A stretch of DNA of 64,000 nucleotides, taken from the NCBI GenBank assembly GCA_977018835.1, contig OZ361256.1, forward strand, positions 6,820,001 to 6,884,000, read 5' to 3'. Positions within the stretch are counted from its first letter, which is position 1. Each line of letters opens with the position of its first letter. The notes under the pieces are model-generated. The model was not told where the DNA came from and did not search any database. It saw only the letters and a program-made list of their open reading frames with translations. Origin of the DNA: Minutocellus sp. GHC0000111 (taxonomy: Eukaryota). Positions 1 through 11,277 of this stretch are shown here, in pieces. Made by a program: the position numbers and the translations under genes.

Positions 1-1356
1 TGCAACTCCAAGAAAAGACAGCTTCGTCGAAAAATTCATAATGTTGGTGGCCAGCACCTCCCGTACCAGCTGCCGTAGCCTCCCTCCAGCCTTGAAATCA
101 GGCATTGTCATTGGATATAATTTGTCTGCAAACCGACCCAAAAGAGCCATGTCGTCAGGCAAAGTGCTGATGGCAATGAGCCGAGGAGGACGGTGGGACT
201 TCCGAGGAGAGGGATGGCCAGCAAGAGACCTCATTGGCACATGTTGCATCGCCCGCCGAGATAGCACGTAGTGCCTGGTGTTATCAGCAGGAGCGTGGCC
301 TGATCGTGCCGTGAGCTCTGGATGATTCACCGACGGATCTTCGTGAAGGTGGGTAGTGCCGCCGTATCGCATGCTTCGACCAGATATGCTGTCCCGTATT
401 GAATCCGGCAGATCATCTCGCAAGGTTTCGGTGAGGGTCTTGGAAGTCCAGGAATCGCTTCGAACCTGGCACATCGGTACAACAAAGGCCTGGAGAAAAC
501 CTATATTGCCAGAGGAGTTGCAGGTACGAGAGAGGCCACCATCGACGCTCCAGTGGTCACCAAGGGCATCAAATACACAAGTCTCCCACCGGTCATAATC
601 TGTACAGAAGGTAGTCGGCCTGGTCGTGCCATTCTTCAAGTCCTTCCAGTCAGCAGCAGCACAATTACCGACGGGATCATATGTCATGCCCTGGTAGTTG
701 AGATATTTCACCTCCCCGGACCGGCCATCGGCGGCATATGTCAAGTTGAGAGCAAGGCGTCGCTGGTGCTTGTCGCCGAGCTTGCTGGTTTTCAGTAGCT
801 TGCGATTGATGGTGACCATGTCTGGAACATCGTCGGCAAATGGACTGGTGCTGACACCGTCGTGTCCTTCAATAACACCAGCATCGGGGTTGAGGCGAAC
901 GATGCCGATCTTGCCGGGTACTTCGTCGACACCAGATGTGCCACGGACGCTGTCTCTCTCCAGCTTCTTGACGAGCGCGCCCTTGGAGAGGGTGAACCAG
1001 GTCTCGTCGGTCCAGTCGACGTGGCGGCCGAACCGGTCCTTCAGGTACTCCTTGATGAGGCCGAAGCCGTTGCCGACGCCGTCAGCCTTGAGGAGCTTGT
1101 CCCGGTTGTTCATGTACCTCGGAGGGTTCGTCGACATGTACTCGGCCCAAGAGCACATAATTGATTCGATGTCGCCGGGCGATGCGACGTCTTCGGGCGT
1201 CAAGTCGTCGACAAAGGGAAGACCGATATGCTGAAGATATGCATTGAATCGGGTCTTGTACGATGATAACTCGGGTGGTGCCCTTGGGACTGCCGTGCGG
1301 CGAAGGCCGGCGGTGGCGTTCGTGGCGGCGGTAGCAGCAGTAGTAGCGGCGGCCAT
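1..1356 (-). CDS. Tyrosine recombinase (Crypton-like); open off the left edge of the window
   Basis: My translation from the ATG at 1356 gives 452 uninterrupted codons (MAAATTAA...). Catalytic residues sit at lambda-Int/Cre-like spacing: TYAADGR212SGEV, K241 (WKDLKN), R327-S-M-R330-YGGTT (HxxR box with R in place of H), SGH354 and Y363. It is absent from the ORF track because there is no stop inside the window. Confidence 0.8.
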   Translation of the reverse strand, partial: MAAATTAATAATNATAGLRRTAVPRAPPELSSYKTRFNAYLQHIGLPFVDDLTPEDVASPGDIESIMCSWAEYMSTNPPRYMNNRDKLLKADGVGNGFGLIKEYLKDRFGRHVDWTDETWFTLSKGALVKKLERDSVRGTSGVDEVPGKIGIVRLNPDAGVIEGHDGVSTSPFADDVPDMVTINRKLLKTSKLGDKHQRRLALNLTYAADGRSGEVKYLNYQGMTYDPVGNCAAADWKDLKNGTTRPTTFCTDYDRWETCVFDALGDHWSVDGGLSRTCNSSGNIGFLQAFVVPMCQVRSDSWTSKTLTETLRDDLPDSIRDSISGRSMRYGGTTHLHEDPSVNHPELTARSGHAPADNTRHYVLSRRAMQHVPMRSLAGHPSPRKSHRPPRLIAISTLPDDMALLGRFADKLYPMTMPDFKAGGRLRQLVREVLATNIMNFSTKLSFLGVA

Positions 1357-1718
1357 GGTGTCAAAAGACTTCTGTTTTTTATTTTGGCTCGCAGCCAAGA
1401 TGCGCTTTCAGTTGGTGCTTGGCATCGCGGGGAAAATCTTGAAGTCTTCTCGCAGCAAACATGCGAGCCAAACTTTACCCAGGAATCCCCCCGAAACACC
1501 CGGGTAAAGTTCGGAAGAAAGGCGCAAAAATGACAGAACGACGGAAAGACGTTCGTACTGGGAGTGCATTCCTCGGAAGTGGCGAGCGCCATTCTCGTGG
1601 AAAGCGGAACACCATGGCCATGCAGCTACTTGTACGTTTCATCTAACAATGAAATTTCATTCAATTCTTTCATTTTTTCAGTGCAACGAATTAATTAAAT
1701 CACATTCGATCAACTAAA

Positions 1719-3440
1719 ATGGTAGACCCAAAATCTCAGTCCCCCAGCCGTGTGTCTACACGAGCTTCTGTGCCGCTGCTCTGCCGCCGCCGCCCCGCTG
1801 CTGGCAGTGGTGGTGGTGGTGGTGGTGGTGGTGGTAAGCCAGCTGCCAAGAAGGCAAAGGTGACCAGCAGCAAACCAACTAGCCCTCCTCAGGGCAAGAA
1901 GAGGGCTGTCGAGGTCAATCTAAGCTCTGACATTGCTGCTTCTGCTGATGCCGTTTTGTCACCCCACACTGCTGAGAGAAGAAAGTTGCTGCCCCTGCTG
2001 CTGCTGTCCCCAGTGTTTCTGGTGCTTCCACCTTGAGCAAGAAGGACCTTGCTCTAAAGATTGCTCTTGAAAATGGTGTGGCTAGAAGCAGTTTCAGCCA
2101 ACATGACATTTGCATGTTTGCCACAGGAATGAAAATTCCCACCGCGGTGCTGCATGTGACACCACCAGCAACCCTGGTGGTCGCGTCTTCAGTGTTGTTG
2201 ATGCCCCGTGCAAGAGGTTTGCTGTTGATGCCTGCTATGACATGGTTCATGCATTGGCTACTGCCTTTGCTCTGGAGGCTTATGCAGGGGGGTCCCCTGA
2301 CTGGGGCAGTGTGGCCGTTGTTGTCCACGACAGCATGACTGATGCCCTGAAGGCAGTCCACGACTCTGGTGCTAGCACCTTTGTCCCCTGCATTGGCAAG
2401 GAAGAAGTCATTGCGAAAACTGCTCCAGAGCCATCAACACCTAAGGCCAGTGGCATTGCTGGTGCTGCTAAGACTAGCGAGGGGAAGGCTTCCTCCCCTT
2501 CTGCTCACTCTGGTTCTGCTGCTGCTGCTGGAAGGGGCGGTGGCACTGCGCAGTCCCCATCAGTCTCTCCGTCAAAGCACCTCAATCTGGATGACTTGGA
2601 CCTCAAGGTTGACAAGAAAACGCTTCAGAAGTTCAAAAGTGCTAAGAGTGCTGGTCCTGTCAAGTGGAAGCTTTCCTTCCATCTTTCTGTCATTGTGAAA
2701 AGACATCTGGCAGAGCCAAGGTTGTGGGGACCTTCACTCTCACTGACAGGCACACGGGAACCCCTACTGTGCTTTTAAGAGCGATGCTGTCATTGACACT
2801 CTTCAGGCACTCATTGAGGTCCCTCCCCTTGATGCACTGACTGACTTTGCCAAGAGTCTTTCTGAGGTTGCCATGCGTGACATTCCCAACGGGGCTGACG
2901 TTGGCAAGGTTTCCTTCTCAACAAAGAAGACGGGTTCAGCCTTTCCAGTTAATGCCACCATGTTCTCTCTTGACCTGTGTCTGAAAAGATCCGCCCCCCT
3001 GAGGAAGAAGTTGTCAGTCTAGTGCAGATGGTCCACCATGAAGTGGTTGGTTCAAAGATTTTCATGGACACGTGCACTGACAATTGCGTCAATGGGGGTG
3101 TCGCTGGGAGAACCTCTTTGGGAGAAATGCCCCCCCAGAAACACACTCCATCTGGCAAATCCTCAAGAACTGTGATCTTGACGTTGTCAACCCTTCTCCC
3201 TTGGACACCACCCTCATGGACAAGGAAATTCTGGTGGCAATGGCATACCTGACTTCTGGTGTTCCTCCTCATGAGTGGGCTGCTGATCCTCTCTTGAGCA
3301 AGGTGGCTGGCCTACAACGAAGAAGGTCAAGTCCCTGCAGGTGTGTTCAAGCAGGAAGACTGATCAGTGGTTTGTCTTGCACCTACATGAGTTCGTTTGC
3401 ATTCTGTTGTTTTCTGCTGCGCTGCATTAATCTGTCTTGA
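1719..3440 (+). pseudogene. Decayed gene of unknown function, divergent from the recombinase
   Basis: Successive frameshifted ORFs (1719-2036, 2110-2778, 3084-3440) with a Gly/Ala/Lys-rich N-terminus. Visibly depleted in TpA and CpG. Confidence 0.55.
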
Positions 3441-3620
3441 AAATTAAAAAAAGGGCATTGATCCAAGCAAGTCAAAATCATCAAAAACTTCGAGAAAAAA
3501 CAAAAACATCAAAAAAAATACAAAAAAAACTCAAAAAATAAAAAAATTCACAAAAAAGCTCAAATCAAAATTTGCATCAACAAAATTAATCAAACTACAT
3601 AGAGATCAAACCAAAGCCCA
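3441..3620. repeat. A-rich low-complexity tract
   Basis: Repeated runs such as caaaaacatcaaaaaaaatacaaaaaaaac. Confidence 0.7.
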
Positions 3621-4258
3621 AACTTTCATTTTCACTGACTGATTGATTTCGCGCAATTACCCGAATTAACCAACTGGTTTGTCTATAACTGTTTTTTGCC
3701 CAACAACTTTCATCTGTCTTTTTTTACATCCAGACCTTGCAGCTCAAGCAGCAGAAACAACTGTCCTCGACAGAATGAACTTGCACTGGCCCATGTTGTC
3801 ATCTCTTGAGAGCCAGGTGGTTAGCAGTGACCCTGAAACCCTGCACCTTCCTCACCTAGACAGTGGAATGATTACACCCTTTGCATTGTGCAGCTCAGCC
3901 AATTTGATGGAGGGTCAGTCAGTCTCAATTGGTGGGGATGATCAGGAGGCGAATCTGTGGGTTTAGGGCTCTGGAAGTGACTCCAAGTGCCAGTTTAGAC
4001 AACAAGGGCAAGGTGGTGGTGAAAGGAGAGCCCCTCATCACTGACCCCCCATGTGGTGTGTGCACCTAAAGTTTATCCCGCTTGATGTTCCGATGAAGTC
4101 ATTTCAGGTGTCACTTGTGCCGCCAGAAACACTGACAATGGCAAGTCTGTCTGCCGCAGTGAGGCGAGGCCTGTCAAGAGGCACTGCTAAAATGAGGTCA
4201 AAAACCACCCTTAGGTCACCCTGCAAGGTGTGGATCAAGACTGACTGATCTCCAGGCT

Positions 4259-5193
4259 GTGCTCAAGCCCATGTGGGACATTGATGTCATAATTCCTCGT
4301 CACGTCACGTACGAAGGCCTAGTCCCTTTTGGGAAAGAGAAAGAACTCCAGCCATTTTACAGGTGTCGGACACCGCCATGCGTGCTGAAATTGGAAGTTT
4401 CACGAGAACTCAAAGGTGTCAATCTGTGGGGGATCATTGAGGAAGCTGCTTACAAGGAAATTGAGGGTGAGCTCAAAGACGACTGGGACGAGGACTGTTG
4501 GTACATTGGTTCCCTTTTCCGCGGCAACCATTACGACATTGATGTTCCCTTGCATTGCTTGGGCATGCATGACGGTTGCACAATCCATGTGGTGAACCAG
4601 AAGAACCACAAATGGGTGATATTCATCAAGTGTCCTGATGGGTCTGTTACCCAAACCTGTGTCTACATTAATGACACTGCCAAGTCTCTTCACAAAATGA
4701 TTGTCACCCTGGTGTCAGAAAAATTGCCGATGCCTGCAAGTGAAATGTACACATCGTACAGTTCAAAGCTCCTCGAGTACTCCAATGCAAAAGTTTGGCA
4801 ATTAGGCATGCACAATGGGTCCACCGTCACTGTCAACGTTCGTCTTCGCGGTGGCATTTGCGTGCCTTACTCCGGCAACCTAAAGAGGAAGAAAAACCAG
4901 GTAATTTGTAATGTGAACCACTAATATGCATCATCAAGCACTAATTCCATGATAGTGTCCAATGCCATTGTCCCGGAATTGCGTCGCCTCAACCAATTAC
5001 TCACCTGAACAAATGTGATGCCGATTTACAACTGTGTTCCTTTTAGGTGTCAAAAAGCGAAAAGAGGCGACTACAAAACATCAGGAGTGCCAGGAAGCGG
5101 ACTGCCGAGAGAGAAAAGCTTCCTAGGATAGACATGAAGCCTCCCTACCACGACCGTCTCAGGGACTACGACGCTCTTCATGTCCAAAAATAA
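4259..5193 (+). CDS. Ubiquitin-like domain protein with internal LRGG and a basic C-terminal extension (probable intron 4901-5046); start uncertain
   Basis: Beta-grasp pattern IFIKCPDGS...LGMHNGSTVTVNVRLRGG. GTAATT donor at 4901 and TTTTAG acceptor at 5046 keep frame to TAA at 5191-5193. Confidence 0.6.
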
Positions 5194-5577
5194 TCTACAT
5201 CATAGTGTAATTTCTTGTCCTTTAGTATTTTCAACATTCCCAACACGACAATAATATTTGTGTCTGTGCTGCCAAAAAGTTCCGAGCACCGGTGTCATTT
5301 AGTGGTGAGCGTAGTGCTCGTAGCACCGCCCCCAATGGCAGCAGCAGCAGCAATTCCTCGCCTGTACTGTTGTTACAAAATGGTCTATGTCTAGATTCCG
5401 CCCTACAGTTTGCTAACAAACTGATATACCAAAGTGAATTGGTAGCGGGCCAACAGAATAAAGTAAATTCATTCTGAGGCTTCGTTTCTCCAGTTGGTCT
5501 GAGTTTCCCTATCAAATCGAATACGTGTGTAATGCTACTATTCGCAACAATATTGGTAACACATTGTCGGCCTTTTT

Positions 5578-6528
5578 TTGCGCTACCTCCTGTTGGAAGA
5601 TTTCTGTATGCTTATCGAGAAGCTTAGCTCCGACAAGGGGAAGCAATGCCTCTTGCCACTTTGCGATGGTATTACCGGGGCCGATAATGACGTTCTCGAG
5701 ACCACAGCACCTTCGACCGAGCCATCTTCCGAGCCTTCCACCCAACCTTCATTGCAGCCTAGTGTTTTGCCCTCGGCAGTACCCAGCGTAGCACCCAGTC
5801 CGGCCTCCAGTGCCTCTCCCAGTTCGCCACCTTCCACCGAGTATTCCAACGGCGTTGCGGAGATTCGGTACGAGGCTGCTATCAAGGTAGACGGCCTTGA
5901 CGTCTCCACCATCCCCACGAGCCCTTGCGCAGCGTTGACCAAATTGCTAACGGTTTTGACTTATTCCATCAGCCGATTCCTTCCAGAAGACACCACGGTA
6001 CAGATCACAAGCATCGGTGGTGTCCCCGTGGCTGATATCGGAACCGAAGCTGTCAGCAGACCCACCACAACGACTAGCACTTCCGACGGCCGTATCCGCC
6101 GCTACCGACTGCTCGAGGCCGATACCGGAGTGGAAATTGAATTTGAGGTTGTTTCTACAGTCGAATGCGACGATGTGGAATGCACCGATGTCGACGAGAG
6201 TTCCAACCAAGCATACGAAACGATGACTCAGGACATGATCCAGGCTGTTGATTCGGGTGATCTCACTAGGACCCTACAAGAGGAGGCCGCAGCCGCCGAT
6301 GTGGTGGCATTGGCATCGATCACCATCGATTCATTCGAGGCGGAAGAACCAACAATCACCATCACCGAGGGTAGCGACGACGACTCGGGCGCTGGCTCTC
6401 TTCGCGTCCTTACTGCGGCCGCCATGTCTGTTTTTGTCGTTATGGTCGGTTTTGCCCTGTTCGTTGGAAAACATACAACTGGATCCGCCCCTGCTTTCTC
6501 GATTCGATCTCGTCTTTGTTCTGCTTGA
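5578..6528 (+). CDS. Diatom-type surface/membrane-anchored protein with PS-x-PS repeats (5' part probably in upstream exons or lost)
   Basis: APSTEPSSEPSTQPSLQPSVLPSAVPS repeats, an acidic domain, and a C-terminal hydrophobic segment (VLTAAAMSVFVVMVGFALFV). Confidence 0.6.
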   Translation: MRYLLLEDFCMLIEKLSSDKGKQCLLPLCDGITGADNDVLETTAPSTEPSSEPSTQPSLQPSVLPSAVPSVAPSPASSASPSSPPSTEYSNGVAEIRYEAAIKVDGLDVSTIPTSPCAALTKLLTVLTYSISRFLPEDTTVQITSIGGVPVADIGTEAVSRPTTTTSTSDGRIRRYRLLEADTGVEIEFEVVSTVECDDVECTDVDESSNQAYETMTQDMIQAVDSGDLTRTLQEEAAAADVVALASITIDSFEAEEPTITITEGSDDDSGAGSLRVLTAAAMSVFVVMVGFALFVGKHTTGSAPAFSIRSRLCSA

Positions 6529-7309
6529 CAGAGCCAACGCCGACCAGGACCAGCTGGTGTCATCCAAGGTGATGGACCTGTACCGGGCACCAATGTCCAC
6601 CAACGAGGACGCAACTCCTGCCGGACCCCAGCCGGCCGCCGCGAGGACGGGAACTGCGGAGGAGGCCGTCGAGCAATGCCTCTCGGATCTCGGCGACGAT
6701 GGCCCAGTTCCGATGCGGCTCCGGCTGCCGTGGGTTGCTGAGACACAAAAGGAGTCCCTACCGGCAGGTCTGCTCAGGGACTACATTGCCTACGCTCGAC
6801 AGTACTGCAACCCGAAACTAACACAAGGAGCAGCTGAGATTCTTCATTCGCACTATACGTCTCTCCGAAATCCAACGCATCGGCACAGCGCAGATAGCTC
6901 GCCAATTGCCACAACTCGTCAACTCGAAGCTCTGATTCGCCTCTCCCAAGCCAGGGCGAAATCCTGCCTCAGAGATTATGTCCTCAAGGAAGACGCGGAG
7001 GACGTATTGGAGCTGGCGCTCGAATCGATGAGGCAGGTGACGGTCGACGGGGGCAGTGCATCTACCGCCGTGAGCGGCAATCAGGATCCGAACAAGAAGA
7101 AAGCTCGGAATGCGAAGATGCTGTTCACAGAGGAATTGAGGAAGACTGCGCGCCAAAGGGTGGGAGGGAAGGTGTACGAAGCCGACTTGTACGAGGCAGC
7201 CGCGAGGGCAGGAGTCGACGTCAGTGTAAGGGTCATGGACCTTGTCGAGGATCTCAGACAAGACAGCAAGATCATCAAACACGCCGACAAGGGGTACTCG
7301 TTCCTCTAG
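6460..7309 (+). pseudogene. C-terminal fragment of an MCM helicase (MCM8-like)
   Basis: ENIQLDPPLLSRFDLVFVLLD (arginine finger), LRDYIAYARQYCNPKL, TTRQLEALIRLSQARAK and a winged-helix-like tail. No Walker A/B upstream in this frame. The MCM8 assignment is by eye. Confidence 0.75.
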
Positions 7310-8013
7310 ATTCGATTTTTTTTTGCCAGCACCGGTAGAAGTGTGTAGCACTACTAAGGAGGTTGAATCCAAGAAGGTAAAGTTATGGGTGGACATGCTC
7401 TCCTAACATTGCCATCTCTCCATTGATCGACCCTCAGATGACAATTTGATAAACGTTTACATGCACGTAGATTCTACTTACTACTAGTACCATTGATACC
7501 AATGGTGTGCGCCTACCGGTACCTTAGACCTAGTTTAAACTGCACAGTATTCTGAGATTGGCTCAAACATCTGATTGTTCTTTATACTTTGATTGACTCA
7601 AATGCTTTAATTCTTAAACTTTTTTTGTTAAACTTGGCACATTGTAACCGAATTGCATGACAGTACCCACCCAGCCCCATGACAAGCGGGTTTATTTTTA
7701 AACCAGCAACTTCTCAAATACTACTTCAATCTTTAAACTCTGCCCAGAAGAAGGCCAAATAGATCTACTTTAAGTTTTAAAGTGCACTATTTTTTTCCGT
7801 TACGGAATCTTCATCTTGGAAAGATCTGCATACAACATTAATTTTTAATATTCGAGCCGAATGACCGATGATTCAAATATGCATCTCTCTCTCTCTCTCG
7901 GTCATCACAAAGTGCAATTGCTATTCCTGTCGCAATTGCATACAACCCAACATTCTAAGGTCAACAGAATGCTTCAATTGATGGGATTCATTTATTCAAT
8001 CACAACAATAAAT

Positions 8014-8940
8014 TTACATGTAATATAGATATAGAGGCTCACAGCACCCATGCCTCTTCATCAACCACTTCTTTTTCTCCTCCTCCTCCTCCCTCTCTAA
8101 TTCCTTCCCGAACTCTTCCACCATGCGCTCATGTCTTCTCGCTTCACGCGCCTTCTCTCTCATCGCCCGTCTCCTTCCCTTTTGCTTCCGCATCATCGCC
8201 CTGCCCTCAATGGTAGTTGGAACATATGCCTCTCGCTTCTTCACCCTCTTGTTCTTCCTCGCCGGACGAGAGGGCACATTGAGAATGGGCAGACGTAATC
8301 GCAGCTCGGGCTCATCATCCGATCCGCTGCTGTACCCATCGTCGAATCTGCCGCGGGCGTGGTTCCTGCTGGGTCCGATGTCGAGATTGCCGTCCATCCC
8401 ATCCTCGATGGGCATCATTGCTGGTGACGGAGGGAGCCCTCTCACATTGCCAGCTTCGTAATCATGATGCCCTTGCCGGAGGCGTCTCCTTTGTGGAAGA
8501 GGTTCATTGGAATCATCGTCACGGCCAAAGATTTCGGTATTCTCCCTGGCCAGGGGCAGGCCATCGTCCCCGTCGTCTTCTTCAATAACAACGGCACTGA
8601 TATTGTGTCGCCGACGACCATGCGTCTCGTTGACCCGCCTCGGTCGATGGTGTTGCCGGCCCTTCGTGTTGTTGATGGCGTGAACCCGGTGATCAGACGG
8701 ATGACGCCTGGCCTGTTCTCTGGGGTTGCCGGCAACCTTCCTGGACGCTTCGATGCATCGAAGAGCCTCGCTGACAACTTCTTTGGGGTGAGGATGCGCA
8801 TTGACGCGGGCCAGCAGATCCGGATCCGTCTCGGGTACGAAGGACAGTTCGTCACAGTCCGAGTCCGGCGTGACGATCGGCGCACACTCCTCGTCCGTGA
8901 AACTCGACGTGACTTCCATGAGATTCGAATTGACTTCCAT
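8014..8940 (-). CDS. Hypothetical low-complexity, charged protein
   Basis: 308-aa ORF with a coiled-coil-like basic/acidic C-terminus; no recognisable domain. Confidence 0.45.
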   Translation of the reverse strand: MEVNSNLMEVTSSFTDEECAPIVTPDSDCDELSFVPETDPDLLARVNAHPHPKEVVSEALRCIEASRKVAGNPREQARRHPSDHRVHAINNTKGRQHHRPRRVNETHGRRRHNISAVVIEEDDGDDGLPLARENTEIFGRDDDSNEPLPQRRRLRQGHHDYEAGNVRGLPPSPAMMPIEDGMDGNLDIGPSRNHARGRFDDGYSSGSDDEPELRLRLPILNVPSRPARKNKRVKKREAYVPTTIEGRAMMRKQKGRRRAMREKAREARRHERMVEEFGKELEREEEEEKKKWLMKRHGCCEPLYLYYM

Positions 8941-8982
8941 GAATGGCTAATGATGCCTATGAGCAACCCAAAAGCCAAACAA

Positions 8983-10616
8983 TGAAATATAACGACAGCA
9001 GCATGTGCATTTCTAAATGTTCCCATTCCTTGCCTCTTCCTATCCTCCGCTCCTCACTCCATGCTGAGCGGAATCTCGATATCCGACCAAAGCCTCGAGC
9101 TCCTCAAGAACGATGGAGACTTGCTCGAGCCGATCCCATGCGAGAGCGAAAGCAACCAGGAAATGGGTTGCTCGCCGTCGACGACGCCAAGATTTCCAAC
9201 ATTCTTGGCGACGACGCCGACTCACAGCATCACCACCTGATCGTCGACCGGCTTAAGGTAAGGCAATTCAAGCGCATGCCACAGCACGAAACCAATCCAT
9301 CCCAGGGAAAATGGTCACTCATTCCTAACTCTCTCTCTCTCCCTCTCTCCCAAAAATGATTGCACACCCATACACTCGTACTCTCCGCAGGTCCTTCTCG
9401 AACAAGAAAGTGGCACACATGCCGTCTCCAATTACATGCTAGATGCCACCGAGTGCAGCGGTTTGATCCCCGTCGATCCGAGTCTTCGCAGTCAAACAGT
9501 AGAGTTCATGCATGCCTACATCGACGAGTACAACATGCTCAACCAGGGCAAGTACATGTATCGTCGAGCCGCTTCTGTTGCAATGTCATACCTCGACAGA
9601 CTCCTATCAAACGAGACGCCAGGAGCCATTATCCTGCTGCTTCAGGACAAGCGCAGGTATTGGCTGGCTGCAACGGCCTGCCTCTACATCGCGCTCGAGG
9701 TCAACATCCTAGCCTCGGAGGTGTACGATTCCTTTCTGTGCTCCTTTCTGGGCGGATCGTTCCTGAGCGACATCAACCGAGAGAAATTCCGCGTTCTGCA
9801 TGCGTTAGAGTGGCGTCTCAACGGTCCCGTTGCGAACGACTACGTCGGCCTCTTTCTAGAATTTGTCCAAGGCAACAAAATGGACGCCGATGCAATATTC
9901 TGCGTCAATCCCAGCCAACGGGCCGACGAGGACACCAACGAATGGCGCTCCAGGTTGCAGTACGGATGGAAGAAGAGGAGGAGACCCAGCAATGCTCCGA
10001 GATTGCACAGAAGGCTCACGAACAGATCGAGCTGTTTTTGGCTGACCATCTTCTCATCGACATGAAACCGTCTGTTATTGCCATGGTGGCCCTAAGGACT
10101 GCCGTAGAAGAAGCAAGTAACTCGACCGACTCCTTAGACATGTGGGGAGGTGCTGTGACGTGCTTTGGTATTCTTAGCGGCATTGATCTGAGATCGGATC
10201 AACTTTCCTTCGTCCAGAAGCGCCTCGGCGAGATGAAGCTGACCCGACCAAGAGAGACAAGAATCAGGCTCAATGGGACAGTGACGCGCATCACTCTGCA
10301 GGCAGATGGCAAGCGCAAAACCGAGCTTGATGTCACCAGCAGTACCTTTGGCACTGTCCCCGAGCCAGTCGGTGACAAAAACAGGAAGAAGAAGAAGAAG
10401 AAGGACAAGGAGAAGGAGAAGAGGAAGAAAGAGAGGCCAACGAAGCGCCGGCATGCTGGCATGCAAACAGGAGGCCGTATCTCCCAGCACCGTCTCCATC
10501 CTCGCGAGGATCAGCGGTGGGCTGACATGACCGACGAGTTTGGATACGACGGAAGCCGCCCATTTCTTCCGTGGATGGAGCTGCCGAGTGACAACTACGT
10601 ATGTGGATATGGATAG
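8983..10616 (+). CDS. Diatom-specific-type cyclin, possibly disrupted (intron 9258-9390; frame change near 9900-9990)
   Basis: The splice joins RLK to VLLEQESG...NYML. Cyclin-box-like RSQTVEFMHAYID, AMSYLDRLLS, LAATACLYIALE and VLHALEWRLNGP. The second repeat (ELFLADHLLIDMKPSVIAMVAL) lies in another frame. Start uncertain. Confidence 0.7.
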
Positions 10617-11277
10617 GCCTTCGATTTGCCGTACTTGAACCGAGAGCTAGACAAGATCGGCCTTAAGTATCCCAATTCCGATTGGCAGAGGATGCTACGA
10701 CGGAACGGATGTGACGACGATCACCCTAGCCCAAGAGGAGCTAGACAAAGGTTTGATCTGCTGAAGAAGCTTAGATGGGCTGAGAAGAAGGCTGTCGACG
10801 GCGCAATTTGAATCCACAAAGCTCAGCCTTGCTGCATGCACAACCGAATTCTACGTAGCATATGTAAACATTTACACGTAATTGATGTATTTATGCTTGA
10901 TGTACGTAACATGATGCCAACTTCTGCAACCTATCTGCCGTAGCTAGCAATATCTCGGTGCTGCCTGAGCTGGCTGGGCCAACGACAAATGTTTGTGGTG
11001 CTTCTGTCTACCGATAGTGGAGAGGGACATGTTGACCATTGCAATTTGTATTACATGTATTAGGTTGTCAACCACAGACTGGAACTCATCTTGTTGTCTT
11101 TCTACATGCGTCGGGATAATGTAGAGTGCAACATGCTCTTGAGAAGAAAAAGGGCTGTCTCGATGCTTGTTTCTTGCCTGTTGCTGCAAGTGCAGCAAGT
11201 TCATTCGACAGGCAGCTGCAGCTCTCACGCGTCGAGGGCACATTCCAGTGGCGTTCCGGTTGCACCGCAGCAGCACA

